A program made the translations under genes and the position numbers. From positions 74,152,001 to 74,216,000 of the forward strand of contig OX597818.1 in NCBI GenBank assembly GCA_951406725.2: DNA of 64,000 nt. Reading direction: 5' to 3'. Positions 25,466 to 36,769 of the stretch are shown here, in pieces (positions within the stretch are counted from its first letter, which is position 1; the number at the start of each line of letters is the position of its first letter). The notes under the pieces were generated by a model. That model saw nothing but the letters and a program-made list of their open reading frames with translations. It was not told the origin of the DNA and searched no databases. The DNA comes from Octopus vulgaris (taxonomy: Eukaryota).

Positions 25466-25918
25466 CACGGATTTTGTCAATCTCAGTCACAGATTATTAC
25501 ATTAATTTTTTAAAACTAAACATTTTGAAACTTCGGGTTCTGGTTGAATGTGTTAGAGGTTTTTCTAGTCTGTATATAAAAAAGTCTGGCTACTTTCTCT
25601 AGCAGGTCATGCAACCACATACAGGCTCTGTGTTTGGTATGTCTCAGTAATAATTTTGTAAATATAATGTGCCGTAAGTTGTTTTTCGCAAACAGCAGCA
25701 GTAACATTCTTCAGCAGTATACACGTATTTGATTGGTTAACATTACCCAAATACGACAACTTTAACACGAAATAACTTCTAAAATACAAAATTTTGTCAA
25801 AATGCTTAGAGTAAACCGTATTCTACGTGATGCATTCAATCAGTATCCGAAGTTTCAAACTGTTTAGTGTTTTAAAAAATTAATTTTAAAATCTATGACT
25901 GAAATTGAAGATCCATGC
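25466..25918. mobile_element. MITE with inverted termini and a captured internal segment
   Basis: Left end cacggatttt…ttgaaacttcgg…ttgaatg pairs with right end cattcaa…ccgaagtttcaa…gatccatg. Confidence 0.65.
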
Positions 25919-25928
25919 ATGTTTATAT

Positions 25929-26097
25929 GCGGCATGGCTGTGTGGTAAGAAGCTTGCTTCCCATTCACATGTTTCCGGGTTCAGCCCCACTGCGTAGCAC
26001 CTTCGGCAAATATTTTCTGCTATAGCCTCGAGCCGACCAAAGCCTTGTCAGTGGATTTAGTAGACGGAAACTGAAAGAAGCCCATCATATATGTATA

Positions 26098-26172
<75 letters not shown>

Positions 26173-26496
26173 AGGGAAAAGACCTCTATTAAGTAATTCA
26201 ATAGTGAAAGACATCTATATTATATAGAAAAAATTTTAACATATTATAATAAATATTATCAAAAAATCACTAAATTAAAGAACATTTACTTAATTTAGTG
26301 ATTTTTTAATAATATTTATTATAGTATTTTTAATTTATTTTCTGTATAATATAGATAATGTCTTTCACTATTGAATTACTTAATAGAGGTTATTTCTCTT
26401 AATTATATATACATATATTATATATTGTGAAATTAGATTTAGAATTGCTAAACTGAATTTTTCTCTGTAAGTTTGGAATTATATTCCCTACGAAAT

Positions 26497-26541
<45 letters not shown>

Positions 26542-26757
26542 TATATGAATGTATATATTTGTGTATCAGGGTTTCCCCACCACCATCACTTGACAAACGA
26601 TGCTTGTGATTACGTCTCCGTAAACTTAGCCTTTCGACAAAAAAGACCCATAGAATAAACACTAGGCTTACAAAGAATAAGTCCTGTGGTCGATTTGTTC
26701 GACTAAAGGTGGTGCTCCAACATGGCCGAAATCAGATGACTGAAACAGGTAAAAGAA
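25929..26757 (+). mobile_element. SINE family A split at its internal (TA)n by a fold-back cassette
   Basis: Head at 25929-26090 and 3' half at 26560-26757, with a foreign hairpin at 26169-26498 between them. Confidence 0.85.
26169..26498 (+). mobile_element. (TA)n-flanked fold-back cassette, PLE-terminus-like, no HHR seen
   Basis: Arms 26171-26278 and 26291-26401 are near-perfect reverse complements; a one-sided extension runs to 26498. Confidence 0.7.
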
Positions 26758-26774
26758 TACATACATACATATAT

Positions 26775-26852
<78 letters not shown>

Positions 26853-26857
<5 letters not shown>

Positions 26858-27287
26858 ATGGAAGAAATGGAGTTGAACGAAGATTGTACAGAATTCCTTT
26901 TATTACATTCTACACATGTTTCAAAGGCCACAATTTTCCAAATTCTGATTAAATAAGGATACCATATTGCAGCTTTCTCTTCAGGAAAAACCAGGAATTT
27001 CCTGAGGAGAAAGCTGCAATATGGTGTCCTTATTTAATCAGAATTTGGAAAATGGTGGCCTTTGAAACATGTGTAGAATGTAATAAAAGGAATTCTGTAC
27101 AATCTTCGTTCAACTCCATTTCTTCCATTCACTAATTATATTAAACTTCAATTATCCGCACCAACGCACGGTTGCAACACCAAATGGTCTTATCTCCAAC
27201 CGTGTTTTTTTCTGCTGTGATTTTTGCTACCCAGGTATCGGTTAAACTTTTGAATAATCTGTAACAAGAAAATTCATCTTTCCATTT

Positions 27288-27294
<7 letters not shown>
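26853..27294 (+). mobile_element. (TA)n-flanked fold-back cassette with HHR motif in both arms
   Basis: About 135 bp arms (26853-26988 / 26998-27133) plus a one-sided extension to 27294. Confidence 0.8.
26999..27078 (+). ncRNA. Type I hammerhead ribozyme motif with extended stem II
   Basis: TTC-CTGAGGA-G-AAAGCTGCAAT…ATGGTGGCCTTT-GAAAC-ATGT-GTA-GAA; the mirror copy on the minus strand has CTGAAGA. Confidence 0.65.
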
Positions 27295-27353
<59 letters not shown>

Positions 27354-27649
27354 TATTCGATATATATATATTTTTCGATTAACCCACACATAATATAATA
27401 TATGTGTGTCTGCACCCATACTCAAATTTCTAGCTATACATAGTGATACAGCAAGGGCTGATCGTATCATTATCACCAACTCAACATCCCCTGCCACCTT
27501 TAACAGAACAACCACCATCATGATCTCCCCACCCTTATTCAGCCCCACTAGAATTACCCCTGCCCCAACCTCTACTATCACTGTGTGTTATATTTACTTC
27601 CTCTCTGTTTCCTATTCTGATCAATAAAATTAAAATAGCAAAACGAAAT

Positions 27650-29030
27650 GCAATAAATATTAATGACAAAAATAACGGAGTGCAGAAGATGGAGGTGGGA
27701 AAGAAGGCGAGAATGAGAGGAAAAATAATATAGACTGAGAGAGGGAAAGAAGAGAGGCAACTGAAAAAGTGTTTAAGGAAGTGGGAAGAATGTAGTACAA
27801 GGGAAAGTGAGAGGGGGATAAGTTTTAGGGGAAGGCATGTCAGAAAAAAAGAAATAAAATGTATGTGAGAAAGAGAAATAGAGCGAGTGAGTAAATGAGT
27901 GAGTGAGTGAGGGACAAAGTGAAAGAGAGAGGCAGAGAGACAGGAGAGAACAAAGAGATGTGGAAGGTGTTAAAGAAAGCGGAAGTGTGAGAGAGAATGA
28001 GAAAGAGAGAAAGGGAGATGCAGACAGACGTAGGAGAGCTTGACTAAGTGGGAAGTGTTAAAGAATGAATTAAAATAAAACGAGAAATGAGTAAAAGGAG
28101 GAGGTGAATGTTAGAAGATTGAAGAAAATGGGAATACAATACGAAGGAGAATGATTGAGGGAAAATGGCAGCAAAATAAAAAACAGAAAGTGTTGAAAAT
28201 AAATGAATTGGGATATTTTTAGATATGTGAGTATTGAGTGTGAATGTGAGTGCAGGTTATAGAAGGAGGGTAGTGAGTGAAGTTGTGACGATATTCAGAG
28301 TGCGAGAGTAAGAGAGAGCAAAAATCGGTATAAGAAAACTGGCGCCTAACAGGAAAAAGAAATATAGCTAAAAGAATGAGTAAGAGGAGATGAAGCAGTA
28401 GGGGAGGGAGTAAATGTGTTGTGTGGGGTAAGAGTCAGCAAGAAATTACTGCTGGAGATGAAGAATGTGTCTGAGAGAGTGGAGAAATATGAGGAAGACA
28501 CTGTAAGAATAAAAATAAACAGGCAGATAAGATACAGAGAGACAGAGCAAGTGAGTGAGTGAGTGAGTGAGTGAGTGAATGAGTGAGTGAGTGAGTGAGT
28601 GAATGAGTGAGTGAGTGAGTGAGTGAGTGAGTGAATGAGTGAGTGAGTGAGTGAGTGAGTGAGTGAGTGAGTAAGTGAGTGTGTAAGCGAGTGAATGAGT
28701 GAGTAGGTGAATGACTGAGTGAGTGAGTGAGTGAGACAGGGATAATTGGATGGAAATGTTCGCTAGCGAACGAGTGAGGAGTTAATTATGAGAAAGTGTG
28801 TGTGAAAGAGGGGGCATGAGAAAGAGAAAGAGATAGAGGGAGATGTATAAAAGAGCAAAGCTTATGAAAGTGTTGTGAGGGAATAAATATAAAAGAGAGT
28901 GCATATAAAAAATAGAAAACACAAAAGAGCATTTAAAATATAGGAGAGAGTGACAGAGAAATAGAGAGAGAAACTGGGGGAAAGAGTAAGAGAGACAGAG
29001 AAAAAAGCGAATGAAAAAGATGGTAATATT
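27650..29030 (+). repeat. Purine-rich low-complexity tract including (GAGT)n at 28548-28735
   Basis: Strong A/G strand bias is directly visible. Confidence 0.85.
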
Positions 29031-29039
29031 TTGAATATG

Positions 29040-29830
29040 TCAGTCACCGTCCCCACCTGGTTTACTGAAAAGCGACGGAGAGTTGGTACCAAGCAGGATT
29101 AAAAATATAACCTGTCAAAGGGCGGAAGGGCCACTCAGAGGGAAGCCAACGGCCAACCATATCTGCAGAGCAGACTGGCGCCACCAGTGTTATCTTCTGA
29201 TTAAAACGCTGCATGATCATGCAGCCAAACTTCAATATCATACTGGGTCGGCTTGGGCTGAGAATAAAACAAAACACTAATATCAGCAACAATACCTCAG
29301 ACATTTTTCTTAAGACGAATTAATTATTATGCGAAACAACCAAAGTAAAAGTTAAAAGCATAACAAATTTCGTTGATAGTTGGAACTTGGCATTTACGAA
29401 CTATTTATCAATCTGAAAAACGACAACAGCTAACTTAGGAGATGGAGAGATACCGTTGGAACATTTTATAGGAATGGTTGACGTAAAATTGAGAAACTGT
29501 AAAGAATTTATGACAAATACAGGCCATAAAATATGGTTAGGTTGGCAAGAAAGCAAACATGAAAGGTGCAGAGGTTACATGGTGCATAAAAATAACTTTG
29601 ATGTCTGTAACATGTTGCACAACGATTTCCAGTAAAATACACACTATAAGATTGGCAGTTAAGCCATACAACAGCTTAATCAACCGATGTTAAGTTCCAA
29701 CTAACGAATACAATGACGTAAAAGTGAAGAACTATCAAGACCTTGAAAAAATAATTGGCAAAAATAAATCAGCAAATAAATATATAAATGAAGATTTATT
29801 TATAATTCAAGGTCACTAGAATGCAAAGAT
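29040..29830 (+). mobile_element. Degenerate RTE-type LINE 5' end and APE fragment
   Basis: GTW….EMERYRWNI, GHKIWLG…KHE and decayed GDWNAK (caaggtcactagaatgcaaag) motifs. Confidence 0.6.
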
Positions 29831-30189
29831 TAAAGATTGGCTCAAATGATTATCGCAATAAAAAAGGGAGAATTAGTGAAGTAAAAATATTTTTAAAATC
29901 TCGACAAAGTGCGTAGATAATCAGAAGTGTCCAAAACAACTCACACTAATTGCAGCAGCTACAAGATTCCTCATCTTCGGTGATAAAAACGCCCAAAGTT
30001 TTATACATACATACATGCATGCATACATTCATACATGCATACATACATACATACATACATACATACATACATACATACATACATACATACATACATAATT
30101 ACATACATACATAATTACATATATACATATATACATACATAATACATACATACATACATACATACTTACATACATTTGTAAGGTTCATT

Positions 30190-31310
30190 AGATATTTCCA
30201 AAAATTCTCCATATGAGATTCTTATGAGAATAGATAGAAACAAGTGAATGTATGTATCGACAGTTCAACCAACGCAACACAACCACATATTTACAAACAC
30301 CAAGAACTGTCTTAACTCAAAATATTTTGTTGCTGAACTATCAACAGGCTTCAACACTGATTCTGAGGAAAGCAAAGTCTGGTTATATATTCAAGAGCCG
30401 CCATCACATGGACGACCTCAAACTTTATGATAAAGAAGAATACCAAGTCAGTTTCCTCGTTGATACGGTGTATAATGTCAGTGCTGATATCAGAATGGAT
30501 TTCGGACTGAGAAAGCATGTTAGTCTTGAAGAGAGGCAAAACCAAATGCATGGACGAGCTAGCGATGCCGTCGGCAGAGGTTATGAAGTATATAGAAGAG
30601 ACGGGCAATAAGTACTTGGAGATATTGGAAATGGATATATTGATGGAGAAAGAAATGACAGAAAAAATTAAGATGGAGTACTTGCGATGATTGAGACTGG
30701 TCCTTAAGTCGAAATTAAACGGATGGAATAAGATTGTAGATATCAAAACCTGTGCGGTTTCACTCCTTAGATGTGGAGCAGGAGTAATCGCATGGACAGT
30801 AGATGAACTAAACAGCTTAGACAGGAAGCTGAGGACGTCGCTGACTAGATATGGGTCACTCCACACAGAAGGTGACACAGACAGACTTATGTACCAATAA
30901 AAAGAGGGGCAAGAGGACTTATTGGATGCAAACACAGTATTAGAGCAGAAGAAAACAATATAGCAAGGTATGTAAAAAATGCAACAGAACCGATATTATT
31001 GGAAGTTCGAAGGTCAGGCTTGTATAGGATGAAACGTTGCAAACATAAAGCACTCTAGAAGTACTTGAGAATGAATGAAACTAGAAATAGGAGGGTAAAG
31101 AAAAGAATGCATCGACAATTTCATAGGGATGTTGTAAGTCACTCGGACAGAGACAAAAGATGGCTATGGATGACTAAAAGTGATTTAAAACTGGAAACGG
31201 AGGCTCTGATCTCTGCTGCCCAAGGGCAAGCATTAAGAACCAAATGCATCAAATACAAAATAGATAACATTTCAGAAAGTGATAAGTGCAGAATTTGTGG
31301 ACAAAACGGA
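30190..31310 (+). mobile_element. R4/Dong-type LINE fragment (RT to CCHC knuckle)
   Basis: HMDDLKLY, IRMDFGLRK, KYLEI, LKLETEALISAAQGQALRT, CRICG. Confidence 0.88.
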
Positions 31311-31339
31311 CGTTATTCCTCACTCCCGTAAATAAAATT

Positions 31340-33570
31340 TAAAAAAAAAAACATAAATGGACACGGGAGGAATATATTTCAATCCTACACGCTTATTTTA
31401 CAGCAGTGTTCTAGCAACAGAACGAGAACACAACAACATGTACGTATAAGATCTAGAAGAAAATAACTTAGATAAAGATTTGCATACAGTAATGAACCTT
31501 GATAAACTATCTAACGTACGGAGAATATCAGAAATAGAAATAGAACTCTCAAAAGTAAAGGTATATTAGGAAAACGTAGATAGTAACCACACAGCAATGC
31601 CAAATATCATAAGCACCGTGACTCTAAAATAGGAAGACAGACGTAACATGTTCAACAAAAATGAAGTAAACAGCAAAAGACAACAAACCTATACCGTAAG
31701 AATGTATAATGATGAGCAAAATGCAGCAACACAGACAAAACTATGAACGGGAGGGAATACGAATCAAATCTAAATCCTGGAAACAGTAAAGGTGAACCTA
31801 ATGATTATGATATTCTACAAATGAGCATAATCAAATAATTGAAAGCCACAGATCTCAGTATGGACCACCCATTGTACCTCCCAAAATTTTAAATTGATGA
31901 TAAAGCAATATCAATAATAAATAGCATGAATCTGGCCGTCACAGAACTAATAGTCAGAGAAATAAATGTTAATATAACCAAGCTAAACGATATGATATAT
32001 GCAGCGGCTTCTGTGGCCACAAAAGAAGATAGACAACCCTTTAATCCCGTACAAACGGGAGTATCACCACCAAAACATACTTTGTGGATAAATAATATTC
32101 AGAAAAAATAGAAAATATGAGAAATGATCTGTGAATCCTTAATGAAACTAGTAGACAATCAACGCTACTAAGCAACAAGAGAAGAAAAATACTACGTAAA
32201 TACAAAATTACACAAGGTATACTTGAGATAAAACAATAGCTATATTAAGATATCCTCGCTAAAGCACAGCGTATCCGCAAGTATGAGAAAAGCAAACATT
32301 TCCTTGAACAAAACAAACAGTTCAACTCGAACACCAAACGATTCAACCAAGAACCTGGCAAAAATTAAAATAGAGATCAAGGCAGCACCTACAGTAGAAG
32401 TGGAAGAATTTTGGAAAGAGATATGGTCGGCGAAGGAACAACTCAGAAAAGATCTATCAAAACAACGAGCACAGCATCTGAAAAACACTGGACCCTATAA
32501 CAGCTGAAGAGGTCACCCAGGCACTTGAGAAACTAAGCAACTGAAAGAGACCCGAGCACGAAAAGATCCCAATGTCTGATTAAAATAGCTAGCAGGAAGA
32601 CAAAAAAAAGCTGGTTAAAAATTTAGTGAATGGCTCACAGAAGGGAACACTACCCTAATTCTCAAATCCACTGAAACGGCAAACCCACAAAACTACAGAC
32701 CGATATGTCTCCCTAAAATTTACAAAGCCTTTGCTGCAATAATATCGCAGAGAATGGGCAAACACCTGATAAAAAACAAGCTGCTTACAGAAGAGCAGAA
32801 GGGATGCAGCAAGGGTTCATAGAGATGTAAATATCAGCTACTGATCAAGAAAGCCATTCCTGAAGACAGCGGCAGAAAGAAGAAGGGTTTGAGTATTGCC
32901 TGGATCGATTACCGAAAGGCTTTTGATAGTATTTCTCACACATGAATCCTTGAAACACTAGGCATGATCAAGGTAGCTCCAAAAATCATAAAATATATAA
33001 AACATTCCATGAATAAATGGTAGACAGGGCTACAGCTTCAGACAAATGAGAGACCCATAAACATCAAAGCCATCCTCATTAGAAGAAGAATATTCCAAGG
33101 AGCCACACTTTCTCCACTCCTTTTCCGCTTGACACTGACACCTTTATCTGACATGCTAAACAGAACGGCAAAACAATCAGCTATCTCTTGTATATGGATG
33201 ACCTAAAGTTGTACGCTGCAAATGATAAACAGCTGGAAACATTAATACAGACGCAACATGGATTTACCAAAGAAATAAACATGAAATTTGGCTTAGAAAA
33301 ATATGCCAAAGCAACTTTGAAAAGAGGAAACCTAGTTAAGAGTAGCAACATCACCTTAAATAAAGCAAATGAAATAAGACAATTAGACCAAAAGCAGACA
33401 TGCAAATACTTAGGAATCAATGAACTAGATACGACACAACACACACAAATGTAAGAGAAGATAAAAAGGAATACTATATATGAGTCAGATTAATTTTGAA
33501 AACAGAACTCAATGCAAAAAAACAAGATAATAGGTATTAACACTCTATCCATCCCAGTTATAATTTAAAG
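31340..33570 (+). mobile_element. R4/Dong-type LINE, N-terminus to RT, degenerate
   Basis: VEEFWKEIWS, NYRPI, EEQKGC, IAWIDYRKAFDS, IFQG, LLYMDDLKLY, KFGLEK, KYLGINE; closely related to 17300-18415. Confidence 0.9.
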
Positions 33571-33769
33571 CTATATCAAGATAAACAGTGCATGAACTTG
33601 CAGGTGGTACCCAGATAGAATGTACTTTGGGTATGTGCTGTAGTATGTCGTGATGCTCATATTTTTACTGTATTGAAAGTGTTTTACTAGATCATGCCTT
33701 GCTTGCAGCATGTCTCTTTCAACGCGTCGTTTCCACCGTGGTTCTTTTACTCCACCATTTTTTGTTATC

Positions 33770-33852
<83 letters not shown>

Positions 33853-33857
33853 CATCA

Positions 33858-33934
<77 letters not shown>

Positions 33935-34000
33935 GTTATTGTTGTTGTTGTTATTATTATTATTATTATTATCATCATCATCATTATCATTATTATCATT
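33770..34000. repeat. (TTA)n microsatellite, about 230 bp
   Basis: Directly visible. Confidence 0.97.
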
Positions 34001-34149
34001 TATTTATTTATTTGTATTATATAAATAATGACATGGGACAGAATTATTGGACAAAGAAATATTAAGAGTCAGTGATTAATTCGGATTTTTTATCTAATAA
34101 ACGAAAAATGTGAAGAGAGAAAGAATGAAAAAATACAAAGCACCCGTAC

Positions 34150-35050
34150 ATTTCGTTAAATGAGCTAGCCATCTAAAGAAGATTTCGTTATCTGTTTTAG
34201 TTGTACGAATGCAATATGTTACTTAGTACTATGCAGGCTGACTTCTATGAAGGGAGACAATGATGACTAGATTTGAAACCCAGCTATTTTAGGCTGAGAA
34301 CAGACCATCACTCAGAGCATTACCATTACATCAGAGAGTTAAAATAAAGTATTTTGACCATATATGCTTGCCAATAGTAAATGTTATAAACTCATGATAT
34401 GAATATGCAAATATTGGTGTTTTTTTTAAGAGAAATACTTCGAATTAAGCAAAGTGTTCTCTCACCGATACTACTAAGTATATGTCTATATAACGAAGGA
34501 AACCCTTGAATAGTTGAAAGGAAATGTTGAAGTAGGTTTGCGAAATACTAGAACACAATGAAAGAGAATTTATATATTTAACAACGCGTTTTGCGACAAG
34601 AATTTATGGGAATGGAATTAAATGTTGTAGAAAGTAAAATACTGATGACTAGTAAAAGAAGAAAAAAGCAAATAGAAACAGTAATTGAAAATAGCTCATA
34701 AAACAGTCAAACAAATTAATGAATTTAAATATTAGGAAAGGATAATGGCTGAAGATTTAAGATCATAGAATGAATTAAATTGTCGCATTGCAGTTGTTAT
34801 AGCAGTTTTAGAAAAATTAAAGTCTGCTTGAAAAAAAAATTAATAAAGAAATCACCAGATTTTTTGAAGTACATTTTATGGATGCGTATCATGGATGTTA
34901 GATAATAAAAATTAGGGAAATAAAAACTTATGGCCTTTGAAAGGAAATTTTTGAAGTGGTGTTTCACGTTCTATATACGGAACCACGAACAAACGAAAAA
35001 ATTTTCCGAAAACTGCGACCCACAAACTTCTGCTGTCAGTTATTAAAAGT
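34150..35050 (+). mobile_element. Highly decayed LINE RT fragment (RTE/L2-like)
   Basis: Residual QINEFKY.G…ELNCRIA and LMAFE motifs. Confidence 0.45.
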
Positions 35051-35361
35051 TAAAAATTAAGCGAGTTGATCAGTAAATTTTGATGGATTGAATGCACAGG
35101 TAATAAGAAATAAAGGGGAAATCATATGTAATAATAATAAAGAGGGGGAGACAAAGAATGACAGAGAGAAAGAAAGGAAGGAAGATGGATATAAAAAGCA
35201 GAGAGCGAGGAAGATACAGAGATATTTTGACAATGGGAAGGACCTCATAGAAGAGCGAATCTAAATAGTAACGGATTGCGCATATATATCTGTTAATGGA
35301 AGGTGACCGCCGGGCAGTGTCGATAGAGCATCGGGCAAATTCTATTCCATCTTTGCAGTTT

Positions 35362-35417
<56 letters not shown>

Positions 35418-36769
35418 ATTTCACTCTTAAATCTTCTCTTCCAACTCTACACTTAACTGCTTAAAATTTTATCCAATTTGTCCGATACACCTCACTTCAA
35501 ATACCGCATTTGTCAACTTTCCCTCTTCGTCATTTCGGGGTCATTAAATAAATATTAATCTTGCCCTGGGGCCAACTCTTCCCATTCTGTCTTTTGAGAA
35601 GTAACAAGTTGTGGCAAGATCTGAAGAAATGTTCTAAATATACCCCCAAACACACCGTATAAAGTTTACATTGTAGATGTACGGATCATGTTGTAGGTGT
35701 ACGAGGTCACAATGTCGATTTAGATATTACGCAGAAGATTAAGTATTGTATTAGTGACGTATGACTAAGATTACCGTGGAAGACCTTATATTGTTTATAG
35801 GCGTCAAAAGAAGTGTATAGAGGGATACACCTCGTTTGAAAGGACACAAAAATGAGAAAGAGGTTCTGAAGCATAAAACATACGATAAGCCTTCTACGCG
35901 AGAAAAAAGGTAAATATGTTCATGTGTATGTATATATGAGGAAGTGTGTAAGAGAAGAGATGATGAAATGTGTAAGAGTTAAGTGTACAGTTGGAAGAGT
36001 AGATAACAGTGGAATGTAAAGTGAGAGGGAGAGAAGGAGAGAAGGGACGGAAAACTGTAAAGGTGCAATAGAATTGGAGAAATGGAAAGAGAGAGGCAGT
36101 GAGAAGTTGGGAGGAGTGAGAGGGAGAAGGTAGAAAATACATTTATAAAATAGAGAGAAGCTGGAGTGTGATGGAGACTGTGTGAGAAGAAGAATATATA
36201 TGGAAACTTTTTATAAAGGATGGAATTGTAATAGCGTGTATAAATGTGTTTTATAAGTGATTAGAATATAATGTTTTTGCATAATAGTGTTTACAATATA
36301 TTATGGTATAACAAATAAATAATAGTAATATTTATAGTTATATAATGAAGAATGAAAGGGTTTATAATGAATTATTGTAATATATAATGATAGATTGTGA
36401 TAATGTTAAAAATATATTTCATATAATATATTTTTGAAGTGTGATAGTGCTTTTGTCATTGGAATCACTTGAAACTGCATCGGTTAAGGAAAGCCTGGTT
36501 CGGGAATTCCCAAATATTGAGGAGTGTGGAACCACCTCTTATGCAAGGACATTCATACGCAAAATAATTGCTCCACGTACTCCATTCTGTTCTTCCAGAA
36601 CAGAATGGAATAAGTGAAGCAAGAACACACGAAATGTGTTGCTGAAGAGGCCACAGATGTGTTACAAAAGATTTCCGGACAATGAACATGAGTTAAAACA
36701 ATAAAATAAGAACAGTAATAAAAGAATGAAGAAAAAATAGAAAACATATATGGTACATGTGTTTATTTG

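Noticed and set aside
30351-30935. 194 aa minus-strand ORF
   Set aside because: Antisense of the R4-type RT fragment.
36502-36511. Perfect NF-kB palindrome GGGAATTCCC
   Set aside because: A single site next to Gypsy debris; no supporting context.
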